A DNA stretch of 64,000 bases from Sporopachydermia quercuum (Eukaryota): contig BCGN01000002.1 in the NCBI GenBank assembly GCA_001599295.1, positions 1,550,001-1,614,000 on the forward strand, in the 5' to 3' direction. Shown here one piece after another: positions 45,453 through 57,110 of this stretch. The notes beneath the pieces were generated by a model, which saw only the letters and a list, made by a program, of their open reading frames with translations, was not told the origin of the DNA and did not search any database. A program made the translations under genes and the position numbers. Positions within the stretch are counted from its first letter, which is position 1, and every line of letters starts with the position of its first letter.

Positions 45453-47356
45453 TTTTGTATTCTTATTTGTACATTAACAATTTGCCTTTTATACTAAAAT
45501 CCCAAAAACCCACCCTTTTCGTTCTATCCCTCCTTTTCCTCGCTAAATCTGAACCAAGATTTCTTCTATGATTAAAAAAAAGCTCTTTGCCTAAATTTTC
45601 TCCTGTACTTCCGAGGTTCCCTAAAACAAGGCTTCTCAAGCACGTACTATTTTTATGCAATCAAATAATACAAATTATCTTCTGGATCCGCTTTTGTTAA
45701 CACATCAACCATAATACATTACAACCCATCCGTAGCCAGTTATACACACTTGAGAAATCAGATTAGTTTTCGGCATTCACCAATGAAAAACATCAAGGTC
45801 ACTCACTGTCTTGTAATGTTTAAACTTACACTATCATGGAAGATGATAGACAACAAACATTAACTGATACAATGTAAATCTATAAAGAAAGAAGAAGAAA
45901 TTAACACTGAAAATAATTTATTTAAGAGAAATACTGTTAAGAGGAAATAGGAATTGAAGAAAAAAAAAAAAAGAAAGAATTAACCAAAAAGGATATACTT
46001 TATTCTGGCTTCCTATCCTTTTATCTCTCCTATCATTTGAACGGCAATGTGCCAGTATAAGAAGAAAAGTAAGGTTTGTTTCCATATTGAGTTGGGAAAA
46101 ATAATTAAAAAATCAAGAAGAATCTCATGTCATTCTTGGTAAAACCAACTTCACGTCTCAATNTGAACGTACAGTCAATTTGAGTTAAACAAATTGTGGT
46201 GCATTTCTAATGAANTTTTCTTTTTATCACCTAGAAATTCATGAAATGTATGAATATTTCTTGTGAAATATGATACAATTTTCATATTTAGAAATGTGAT
46301 TCAAACGAGAAGTTTTGATGATTCCAACCATTAATATGAAAAAGATCGCTAATCAAGTGAAGGAATCTAAACCATGGTTCGCAGAAAAGGAGTTAAAGCT
46401 AAGCATAATTGGATTAAGCATTTTAGCCAAACCTTAGTTATATAGGAGTTGTACGATTTTGTCAATACTTTCATTTAAGTTGAAGAGATTTCGACTAGTG
46501 GATGAAATTTGGATTAGAAGGCTATTAGACATTTTGGAGAGAAACGTTCGAGAAAGAATCAAACAGACGAATAGGAATATTCAACTAATGTTAAGAAGAC
46601 ACGAAGAAGCTTCACCTGCTTAAATCTCATTGTGATTCTCTTCTTTCTGTAAAATTAGCTTGCAGTATAATAAGGTGACAATACTTTATTACTGAAAATA
46701 GAGCTGTGAGTAGGCCGCATTAACCTTAATCCTAACTTTAGGGATTTTAAGCATTATCAAATGTTTCATTGAAACTGAAGAAACATTTCAATTTATAATC
46801 TTGGATTGAATGATACAAGATCAAGTCTTATTCAAGCAAAGAACAAGTTCAACAGAACATTCAACAAGAAAATGTTTTAATTCATGCTTAGTATAAAATA
46901 TTTGCAACTTCGTTATGATGCGGTGTAATTATATCTCCTCTTAGTGCAATCAAATAGTTGTTCAGAGTAACTTAGATCCAGTAACTGGAATTGAAATAGT
47001 TTTATCTCAACCCCCTTAATCATAATAAACGCATTAATAATTTTCATAGTCCTACACACATACTAAACATACTAAAGTGTTTCTACCCCAAATTAGCTTG
47101 TATGAAAAGTTTTAAATTAAAGAAATGAAGTAATTGAAGATTTATGTATGCATTAGTTTTTCGTTTTCAATTCAGCCTTTCAGTGATGAAAACTTTTTGC
47201 TTCATATTCCTAGGGTTCAAACAGAGCTTTAATAAACGAGATCTTCTCCATTATATACGTTTGACTTTATAAATTGACGACAAACTTGGTTACACTGAAA
47301 AACCTATCCAAGAGAGGTAAACGAGATTTAAAATTGTCACAAAAAAAAATTGCAGA

Positions 47357-48442
47357 TCAAGATGTCAATTTCCAAATATTTGTTTTCCCATCATCCCCAC
47401 CTGTTATTAGGCACTCATCACTACCTATAGTAGCCCATTGAACACAGTTTACTTCATAAACACCATGACATCTATCAGCAGTTGCAACCACACTCCAATT
47501 TTTCTCTTCATTTTCTTCGTATACAACTAATTTTCCGTCAGCCCCAACAGTGGCAATCCTGTTACTCACTTTGCTCCAACTTACACCATATAAGCTTCTT
47601 TTACAAACTTTTGGTAGCGTTGATGAAAGTTCCCATTCTTCTTTTATTGGATCCGAGCTTCGAAATGTTGATGGCATTTTCCCTAGAAAAGCACTTGTAC
47701 CTCCTAGGCTGCTATCATTGGCATTAATATTTTGATATTTTCTATTGGAACCAACTCTTTCATAGACTTCAACATCTGCTTCATCGGTAACTGCTACCAA
47801 ACGTGCAGGCGTACTTTCATTGGAAAAATCTATCTCCCAGACAGTGCCTTTATTGATAGCAAGCTCACTGACACATACCCAATCACCTTCATCTTCATCT
47901 TCTCTGTATAGCCTAACAGTATCATCATAAGAACTACTAGCTACTAGTTCTTCAGATGGGTGCCATCTCACACATTTCACATCTTGACTATGCTCTTGTA
48001 ACACACTAATACATTCAAATTCTTCATTACTATCATCAGCTTCCCAGATCCACACACTTTTATCTCTAGAGCAACTAGCCAAAAAAAACCCATTATAACT
48101 CCAATCAACTGCTTTCACTTCATTCTCATGACCTTCAATGATAGCTAAAAGTTCCCATTCGTCATCTTCTTCACTCCAGATTGAAATAGTAGAGTCAAAA
48201 CTACCCACAGCAATAGATGGCGCTTCAGTGCCTGTTGTATCCGGTTTCCAACTCAAGCTTCTGCAACTTCGTTTATGTGCATCTTCAAGTACGGTTACCA
48301 GCTGCAGAGTATTCAAATTGTATATTCGGCAAGTCTTATCCCCTGACGCTGTAGCTAGTAATGGCTTCCTACTATGAACAGATACATCCCATACTCGATC
48401 TTTATGTCCTTCGAGACTTGTTACTAGTTTCAGTTCAATCAT
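47357..48442 (-). CDS. CIA1: Cytosolic Fe-S assembly WD40 protein
   Basis: [63 protein letters not shown]. Confidence 0.96.
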   Translation of the reverse strand: MIELKLVTSLEGHKDRVWDVSVHSRKPLLATASGDKTCRIYNLNTLQLVTVLEDAHKRSCRSLSWKPDTTGTEAPSIAVGSFDSTISIWSEEDDEWELLAIIEGHENEVKAVDWSYNGFFLASCSRDKSVWIWEADDSNEEFECISVLQEHSQDVKCVRWHPSEELVASSSYDDTVRLYREDEDEGDWVCVSELAINKGTVWEIDFSNESTPARLVAVTDEADVEVYERVGSNRKYQNINANDSSLGGTSAFLGKMPSTFRSSDPIKEEWELSSTLPKVCKRSLYGVSWSKVSNRIATVGADGKLVVYEENEEKNWSVVATADRCHGVYEVNCVQWATIGSDECLITGGDDGKTNIWKLTS

Positions 48443-48942
48443 TCTTTTTCCAGTTCCAAACTGCGGTACTTATTAAGCTCCTTTGATCATAAATAGTCTC
48501 ATACCAGTAGAAATCAATGAGTAATTTAATAGATTGCTGAATTTGCTTCACTCACTCAAATCTTTCTCTTATGCTGAATAATGTATCCGCAAACCGATCT
48601 TTAGATGCCCCCCATTATCCTGTTTACCATCATAAAGCAACCCACAGCTGAGAATCTTAAAGAACACACACACGTATAATTTTATTTATGTTCTCCGGTT
48701 TATGGTCTCCGTTCTCAAAAAGAAAAGCGGAAGTGTTGTGAGGGTAGTTCTAAATACCAATAGTTACCGTTGCTCGAAGTGCCTGAAGGTTTTTAGGTAT
48801 TTTCATCATTCACAAAACATGAAGTAGAAAAATTGAATCAAATAAAGTTATTGATAATCTTATTATTGTGAAATATCAGAATATAAAAGCAAAATTTTCT
48901 TGATGATAAGGAACAGCGAAGGTGGTAGGGTAGAGTAGTAAG

Positions 48943-50634
48943 ATGTTTAGACATTTATCTCGACGAATTACTGCTAGGTCTAATGTTAGACTGAAAATTC
49001 AGATCCAACATGAAGGGATTCATAGCATCTCTTTAGTATTCCAGAGGAGTAAAGGAACTTCTGGGACGCCAGACGAAGAAAAAGAAAATGAGAGTTCAGG
49101 GTCTTTATCTCATTCTGTGGACAAAAGTAAGAAATCTCACGAAGAGCAAAATAAGAATGAGGGTGAGGAGCAATCATTCACTTTATCATCGTCCTTATCA
49201 ACATCTTTATTCCGGAAGCAAAGCTATGTCCCTTCAAAAGTTCATCCAAGGGTAACTTACGAACAACCACCACCACCTAAATCAATTTTCACCAAACCGA
49301 ATGTTCGTAAATGGCCTCTAAGACGGCTTATTTTACCTTTCCTAGGAATTGCAGGAGGCATTTGGACACTTTATCATATCAATTTGGCAATAGATGCATC
49401 ATCTGAAGGTAGACCGTTTCTTTCCTCAGCCAAAGAACCAAATGCTCTTGATCCTGATAAATTCATGACATATGTTATTTCTTACAAAGAGCAAATTTCA
49501 CCTGATCATTATCTCATCGAGTTGTCACCTACCATCAAAGGATATAATGCATTATCCAAATCACAGCTTTATTGGAATTCTAAAAGACTGTGGTCTATTG
49601 AAATCAAGCAACCCGAAATCCAGATAGTTAGAAGGTATACACCTTTACCATTCTCAGTTTACCAAGCACCCTCTGTGAAAGGATTTGAAGAAATCAAAAC
49701 ACCGCCTGTAATCAGGACTTATGATCCTCTTAAAGATGAAGGTCGTATGTTACTATATGTTAAAAAGTATGGCGATGGAGAATTATCTAGATGGCTTGTA
49801 TCAAGACCTGTTGGTTATAGATTGCAAGTGAGAGGAAAGTTCACGGAGTTCAAGTTCCCTTATTCTCCTTTAGATGAGCTGGAAGCGAGATCTGCTATAA
49901 CTGATGATCCATTACTACTTCCAGGGGATGCACCAGTCGATTACTTACAATATCCAAGACCTGATAATATCATATTTTTTGCTGCAGGCACAGGCATTGC
50001 CCCAGTTTTACAACTGCTTTATTCCCCAAATCCACCACGAGGCTTTACCACCGTCCATTACTCGGTTAGATCTCGTGATGAAATTCCACTTTTGAGGTAT
50101 ATGAAGATAGCTGAAGAGATTGGGAGAGCAAAGTTCATTTTTCACATTGATTCGGAAACTTCTAACCTTTCAATTAAAGATGTTCCGATTCCTGTGGCTT
50201 CTGAGTATAGAGAACGAATTTCCAAATGGGACAAAATTGTAGAAGAGGAAGAAATCATCAAACAGCAACTTAAAGAAAAATTACAAAATAAACAAAAAGA
50301 ATTATCAATGGCAGAGAAAACTGGAGTTCCAACTGATGTTTCTAAGCTTCTATTGGAAAAGAAACAACCTTTACCCAGTGAAGTGCCTTTGGGTAGCTAT
50401 ATTGACAATTTTGAAACTAACAGGAAACACGTTAAAACAACAGTCTATCGTACTGCTATTGAACAGGCACTGGCTGAAAAGAATCTACCGAAAGATCCAG
50501 CATTAGCATTAGTTTGTGGGCCTGACGGCTACATTAAATATGTTGCGGGACAAAAGGAATATGATGGTCCGGGACCTATTGGAGGTTTATTGAAAGCAAA
50601 AGGCTGGAATGAAGATAATGTTGGAAAGATGTGA
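48943..50634 (+). CDS. CYC2: Mitochondrial FAD-dependent oxidoreductase for cytochrome c heme attachment
   Basis: Presequence plus TM, LWSIEIKQPEIQIVRRYTPLP, YVKKYGDGELSRW, FAAGTGIAP, VCGPDGYI..AG.K, GGLLKAKGW. Confidence 0.88.
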   Translation: MFRHLSRRITARSNVRLKIQIQHEGIHSISLVFQRSKGTSGTPDEEKENESSGSLSHSVDKSKKSHEEQNKNEGEEQSFTLSSSLSTSLFRKQSYVPSKVHPRVTYEQPPPPKSIFTKPNVRKWPLRRLILPFLGIAGGIWTLYHINLAIDASSEGRPFLSSAKEPNALDPDKFMTYVISYKEQISPDHYLIELSPTIKGYNALSKSQLYWNSKRLWSIEIKQPEIQIVRRYTPLPFSVYQAPSVKGFEEIKTPPVIRTYDPLKDEGRMLLYVKKYGDGELSRWLVSRPVGYRLQVRGKFTEFKFPYSPLDELEARSAITDDPLLLPGDAPVDYLQYPRPDNIIFFAAGTGIAPVLQLLYSPNPPRGFTTVHYSVRSRDEIPLLRYMKIAEEIGRAKFIFHIDSETSNLSIKDVPIPVASEYRERISKWDKIVEEEEIIKQQLKEKLQNKQKELSMAEKTGVPTDVSKLLLEKKQPLPSEVPLGSYIDNFETNRKHVKTTVYRTAIEQALAEKNLPKDPALALVCGPDGYIKYVAGQKEYDGPGPIGGLLKAKGWNEDNVGKM

Positions 50635-50871
50635 TTAGAATATCGGCAAATTAAAACAATTTTTATTCTTGAGTAGATAGGGAGAGCGAGGTATCTTGTA
50701 TATATATGTATTTGATTTTTCTATATTATTATTAATGCATCATAAATCATAAATGTATGGTTATATACATTGTGATACCAGTAATTGTAACCTTGAGTCG
50801 TTGTTAGTTGATTCATTGAATCAACCAACCCACTACGTCACATGCTGTATAGTCATTTTCTCCTGGGCATA

Positions 50872-51974
50872 TCATCTTTGTTCTTTTCTTATTGGTACTT
50901 TGATACCCTGAGAGGCGAACTTCGCACTCAATTTTGTACTTTCAATAACACCAGGAAACTTTTTGGCTGAATACACTTTGAAGACATCAGAAAATACTGA
51001 TGAAGTACAAGGAGTAGGATCATTAGGAAGTCTTTCACCAGGGCTTATAGTTACGCTTGTGGGATAAACCGATGGACTGCGTTCTGGTTTTCTACCTTTA
51101 TCAGTACCATCGAAATCATCGAAAGAATAATCACCATAGCCCTCTAATACATTGTCAGATATTGTAGAATCGATAGACTGAAGCATGTCGGAAAGATCAA
51201 AAAGATTGAATTTAAATCTAAACTCTCCATCAAATCTTATTGACAGGTCATACAGAATGAACCATATTCCTAGTTCATCTTTAAGATCATATAGTTTATA
51301 AGCTGTGGTTGCTAGTGATCCTATCAGGTTTCGTATTGGAGGAGCAACAGCTGCACCAGAATTGGCTGAGCTGCTTGACATTCTGCGACTCAAAGAAGAA
51401 GTAGACGAGGAATTGTTTGATATTACTTCATTGCTGTTTTGTAGGCGTGCTAGTTCATTATCATTTTTTGAAGTTGACTGTAAGTGATCACTAGACTCAA
51501 CTTCAAGCTCAGATTGACCCTGGACAAATCCTAGATTTTTCTTCATATCACTCGACCAAAGTTCTACCATTAGAAAATAATGGGTAGGGATGATATCGCT
51601 GTAAAGGGAAAAAANAAGAAAAAGTTTGATTGCGGTTAGTAACCTGAGCAATTCAATATCAAACTTGATTTCAGTGAAGCACGAATATTCTAACCTCAAA
51701 AGGTTATCATGAGATATGAAAAAAAAACTTACGCAGCAGGCACTTCTTGACCATTCTTATAGATTCTCAATCTTATACAAGGAGTAGGCGATACTTGCCT
51801 TCGATCTTTGTCACCTAATCCGCACATTCGGGCTCTGAGTGGTTGTTGTTCCACAGTCAGTCTATACTCAAAATCTATTTTGTGTAATCGATTAGTAATA
51901 TTCAAAAATCAGAATCCAATCCATGTTAAATTGTCAACTGTCAAACTAATGAAATTCTACATACCCCCGTTCAT
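50872..51974 (-). CDS. velB: Velvet-domain transcription regulator, VelB-like, 292 aa; exons 51965-51974, 51733-51874, 50872-51598
   Basis: Exon 2 encodes YRLTVEQQPLRARMCGLGDKDRRQVSPTPCIRL. Exon 3 encodes YFLMVELWS, RNLIGSLATTAYKLYD..GIWFILYDLSIR..GEFRFKF and VYSAKKFPGVIESTKLS..FASQGIKVPIRK. Introns 51875-51964 (GTATGT..TACTAAT..TAG) and 51599-51732 (GTAAGT..TACTAAC..CAG) are in phase. Confidence 0.92.
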
Positions 51975-53582
51975 TGTAATATTCAATTTTTCTATCTCAA
52001 TAGAGCAGCTTCTCGATGCAAGCTTATCTTATCGAGAGAGCCTCAGTTTACGCTGCTAGTCAACGAATGAACAAGTAACCTATTGATACAACTGGTGATT
52101 TCAGATCTAGCAATAGTATTATCCGTAAATTCAGCTTAGCTCAATCCACTTCTGTATCATACACCATGAATCACTTTATCGCAATGGGCTTTATCAGTAT
52201 TGTCAGATGATTCAGCAAATAGTTTTTCAGTATTTCATTATTGTTCAATTCTTGGTGGCATTCAATCACATGTCCTTTGAAAAGCTTCTTTCTTCCTTTT
52301 CTGCGGATCAGCTGAAATATTTATTCATAGGGTTCTACTGAAAGAAAGAAAAAAAATGAGAAAAAAAACTACTTGTTTGTTCGAAAACAGTCTCTAATAG
52401 TGAGTATCTGTTGTCCTCAATCCTGGTCTACTTCTTAAAGAATTTAATCTGAGATTATCTCTAACCTTCAACATTGTCTCCCTTTTTATTTTTCTTCCTC
52501 GGTGCTACGTCCATGGAACCTATAAAAGTTGTCTTAAATACTAACGATGGCTAATAGTTTACAACTTCAACCAGTGCGATTAGAGTAGCGTTCAATAATC
52601 AAAGTACCTGCTAAATATGTGTTCAGCCGTATTTTTATAGCCTTATTATGGGGCTTGAATATAGTGAATCACCAAAAGAGGAAATTCCCATCAGTAAGCT
52701 AGAACAATACTATCATTTCAGAACACAACAAAGCAGTAAAGTAAAGTTCTCGAATTCAGATTCCATTTACTGCAAGGAAATAAGTTACGATAAAGATGCA
52801 GGAGCCAATAATTGTTGTATACCTAAATATGTATGAATCCTCTACAGTTAGAAATCGGTGACCAACAATTTGTTTACTGGGAATGGTTTGGAGTATGATT
52901 CCTTTTCATTACTGTTAGTTCCTTTCTTGGTAAATTAATTTCTAAGTCTTGGCTACGTTGCAATTGAAGGAGCTAAAACAATTCTGGAAAGAGCATTTTT
53001 TGCAGGTATCTATTATGATGTACATATGTTTCAAAAAAGAGGCTGACAGTTTTTAGACAAACTAGTACTGAAACTAAATTTTAGTCTCTATTACTTGCAT
53101 ACTACAGCTTATGTATTGCAGCTCGAACTAATTGATAAGGTTGCCAAGAGGAAGATTAGTGATAGAGTAAAAAAAGTATGGTTTATTTGGGTTGACAACA
53201 ACTTAAGTGTTGGTATAATTGACAGATATTTTCCTTTATACAACTAATGTAGCTGATTCGTTGCATACATATGCATATTTCGTAGATGTTAATTATTTCA
53301 TATTCTTAAGTGAGGGTCCATAAAACCACACTATCAGAGAAAACGAAAGGTATTGTTATGTCGGGTAAGATATTTGATATGATCATGTGATATATGAGCC
53401 GGGGTATTTCTGGTGATGTTTCTCAGCTAATCAGGTGCCTGAATTACTTGATTTGAAAAGAGATTCAATTGATTAGAAGTTTAAGTAGAATAAATAAATA
53501 TGGATTATTTATATTGATAAAGGACCCTAAGTAGGTTCGGATTAAGGTGATCCAAGTACGTGTGAAAATTCCACTGTCGAAG

Positions 53583-54728
53583 ATGAAGATATCAAGATCT
53601 GGAATAAGAGAAGTATTTAGAGGGTTCAGTTGTTCATCTACGGTTCTGACTGGAGCACCCACCGTGAATAGAACCGGAATTGTTCCAGCATCAAATTCGG
53701 TGATTTTTTCAGGAATTCAGCCTACCGGAGTTTTTCATCTTGGAAACTATCTAGGTGCCGTAAATAATTGGCTCACCTTATCACAGTCTGTGGATTCAAG
53801 CTCGAAATTGATATTCATGGTGGCAGACCTTCATGCTATAACTGTTCCAAAAGATCCAAAAGAATTGAAAGAATATCGAGAAAAGGCAATTGCTTCCATA
53901 CTCTCTGTTGGATTGGATCCCAAAAACTGCATAATCTATTATCAGTCTGAAATTCCTCAACATTCTGAGCTTTCATGGATTTTGTCTTGTATCACAAGTA
54001 TGAGTTATCTTAATAGAATGACTCAATGGAAATCTAAAGCAAACCTCAAGGAAAACACTTCAATATCTGATTCAAAAACACTCAAAAATCTTAAACTTGG
54101 TCTGTTTTCATATCCCGTGCTACAAGCTGCTGATATACTTCTTTACAAGGCAACACATGTCCCAGTAGGTGAAGATCAAGCCCAACATCTAGAACTTACA
54201 AGACAAATTGCTACTACCTTCAATTCAAGATTCGGTAACTTTTTTCCCTTACCTGAGACATTGTTAACGCCCACGTCAAAAGTACTCTCTTTGAGAAATC
54301 CTGAAAAGAAAATGTCGAAATCAGATCCAAACAAAAATGCAACAGTTCTTCTTACCGATGATGAAGATACCATTGCATCTAAAATCAGGAAAGCGGTTAC
54401 TGATTCTATTCAAGGCCCTTTCTTGTATGATCCGGAAGTACGACCTGGAATTTCCTCGTTGCTATCAGTTGTTTCTGGCTTAACTAGGAAGCCCATCGCT
54501 GACATAGTAATTGATATCAATGAAAATGCCAAAGTGAAAAATCACCAACAATTCAAGGAGTACGTGACAGATGTTGTAATTGATAGCTTACGGAACCCAA
54601 GAAAAGAGTATGAGAGACTAGTTAATGATAAATCTTATTTAAAGAAGATATCTGATGAGGGAGCGGGAAGAGCCGGGGATATTGCCTCAATTGTTCTCGT
54701 TGATGTTAAGAAATTGGTGGGCTTGTAA
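53583..54728 (+). CDS. MSW1: Mitochondrial tryptophanyl-tRNA synthetase
   Basis: FSGIQPTG.FHLGNYLGA, LNRMTQWKSK, YPVLQAADIL, VPVGEDQAQHLEL, KMSKS; presequence-like N-terminus from the ATG at 53583. Confidence 0.96.
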   Translation: MKISRSGIREVFRGFSCSSTVLTGAPTVNRTGIVPASNSVIFSGIQPTGVFHLGNYLGAVNNWLTLSQSVDSSSKLIFMVADLHAITVPKDPKELKEYREKAIASILSVGLDPKNCIIYYQSEIPQHSELSWILSCITSMSYLNRMTQWKSKANLKENTSISDSKTLKNLKLGLFSYPVLQAADILLYKATHVPVGEDQAQHLELTRQIATTFNSRFGNFFPLPETLLTPTSKVLSLRNPEKKMSKSDPNKNATVLLTDDEDTIASKIRKAVTDSIQGPFLYDPEVRPGISSLLSVVSGLTRKPIADIVIDINENAKVKNHQQFKEYVTDVVIDSLRNPRKEYERLVNDKSYLKKISDEGAGRAGDIASIVLVDVKKLVGL

Positions 54729-54938
54729 AAATAGGAATGCTTAGATTGACGATGAATTCAACCGTCACGATTACTCAAACAATCACCTGTACATACTTCA
54801 ATAGACCTTTTTGCTTGCAATAGACGTTTATTAATTATATAATCAGTTTTAGCCATTTCTGAAAATTGAGCGACATGAAGGGAACTGACACACTATTTTT
54901 TCTACTAAGCATAGGCTCTCGAGGGACAACATCTTGTT

Positions 54939-56663
54939 TCATACAACAGAGAAATTCTGTTTAATNCCTTGCAACTCAAGTTCTCGCTCCCTCAGATGCC
55001 TTTTCCTCTCATTGATCTCACTCTCAAGTATTCCTTCTATTTCGTTCAGCTGAGCTTGCTCCATAAACAGTTTCCGAGCCTTTGTAGAGTCAAATTGTTT
55101 CACTGAAGAACTGGGTACAGACTTTGCAATTTCTCTGTTCTGGTAGGATCGTTGATCATGAAAACCACTAAAATATTGAAATTAGAAAAGAAAAAAAGAA
55201 AGAAAAAAAGCAAGCCAGTATCAATTATGGGAATTAAGAGAATGACCATCAGTTTATTCGAGAGGTATTCGACATACAGTAATGAATCTTGAGATATCAA
55301 AGGATTCTGAATAGAGAGTCTGGACGATCTGTAACGTTCGTACAGCACATTATGAGTTATCTCCTTGAACTCGTTTAAATGAGAACCAAAAAGGACTGCT
55401 CTCAATGCCAAAAAATCGGAATGATCAGGATCATCAACTAAAGAAGTCAGTATTAACTTGTCCTGAAAACATTTAATCGTCCATTAAGTGATTGCTCCAT
55501 ACCTCTTACTTTTCCCCAGGGATAATCAATATAGTAAAACACTTTCCCATCTTTCTCAACTTTTGTGTCGCTACCAATTACTGCAAAAGGAACCAATTCT
55601 TCCAAATGAGAGTTTCCTTCAATAGAATCGCTATCACTAAGTTCATTCTCGAACGAGTAGACAGGTATGGTCAGTTTTTTGATATCATTCCGGATCAGCT
55701 CTTTGCAACGCTTCAATTCAGTTTCTGTCAAACAATCTGCTCTGCCTATAACAGGAATAATATTCACATAACCTGACAATGCTGTCATGAAGCTAATATC
55801 AAGTTCCCTCAATCTGTACCGNAAAAAAGAACATGCCCAGTTTGTCAGTATACATTTCATTGCTGAAAACACAAAATCATACGACTACTGAAAAGTCAAA
55901 CTCATACCCTCTACCAGTGGGTTGAATGAAGTATAGTGCAACGTGTACTCTGTTATCAACAAATTTAGGATTTCGATTAATTCGGCATTCTTCAGTCAAA
56001 ACGTCATTGAATTGATCTTCAATGTATGCAACAATTTTAGAGCAGCTACTTCTGTCAGCATGTTGACAAGACTTGGAAATTATTTGAGCATTGATGATGC
56101 CTATTTCAACATATTTCAGTATTGGTTCCACTGTAGGTTATATTTCATACCAGTATGTATTGTTGATATTATCACCAAATCCAGGAGTATCAACGACATT
56201 CAAGCTGATTGGGGTAGAGTTTTTTTCTACAACTTCTAGTTGAGAGCACTGGTTAGTCAATGTTATAAGTACTTGCTAGTTGGAGATCAGTAAGCCAATC
56301 GACATAGTTTCCTTGTCAACCTTACCGGCATGATATGTTTTGATTGACATTCCTGGGTCGCTGTCAGCATTCTCTGGGGAAATAGTTCCTCTATCTATTA
56401 CATTTTTATTACAAAGAGTGTTAATAAATGTCGATTTCCCTGTACCAGATCTCCCACATATTAGTATCGTAAGTTGAAGGCCTCTTTTAACCATTTTACG
56501 CCTTCTCATCTCCTCAGGAGTAATCTAAGTATTTGAACAGTTAATTTCCCAAACCTACAAACACTGTGGATAATAAACAAAGCATCTTTCCATTACAACA
56601 AGTAAAATCCTTTCAGCTTCCAGTCAATCTTACGCTTGAAAACGATTCCCATTTATGACTCAT
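54939..56663 (-). CDS. SPR28: Cdc11-group septin, Spr28-like, 383 aa; exons 56634-56663, 56326-56524, 56151-56235, 55908-56045, 55503-55813, 55278-55437, 54939-55167
   Basis: EMRRRK..KRGLQLTIL..GRSGTGKST (G1), DTPGFGD (G3), NRVHVALYFI, VIGRADCLT (G4), PFAVIGS, YPWG..VDDPDHSDF, HNVLYERYR, C-terminal coiled coil. All six GT-AG introns have branch motifs and consistent phases. Septin identity is firm; SPR28 versus CDC11 is less so. Confidence 0.82.
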
Positions 56664-57110
56664 ATTGTAAATGTTTAGCTGAATTCTCGTCAACAATTAG
56701 GTTGATAGTAATCAGTAACAAAATCTTTTATTCAATTTGATACCAGACTTTTTATAATGCATGTTAAATGAAAAACACCCACAAGAAATAAAGAACCACT
56801 GTTTAAACACCAATTTCTTTACCTTCTTTTTCAAATCGTCAAAGAGAAAGAAAAGAGAAAAGACAGAGGTATGTTGCAAATGTGGGATTACAAAAAAGCT
56901 GTCTCTTTCACCAACAGAAATCATAAATATGTTGGGACACTTTATCTTTAACATAATCCACAAAAGAAATTAAAAGTCCCAACCTTTCAATAATGGTAAG
57001 CTTAACGATCACATGCCTCGTTTATATAGTTGGTCAATATTTATTTAATGCATAAAAGTATAATTTATATATGTTGATATACGAACTTCTCTTCTTATTT
57101 GAGATCGCAA

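Noticed and set aside
55735..55752. Septin G4 motif reads GRAD instead of xKAD
   Set aside because: A conservative change that I recall in other Cdc11-group septins; not evidence of lost function.
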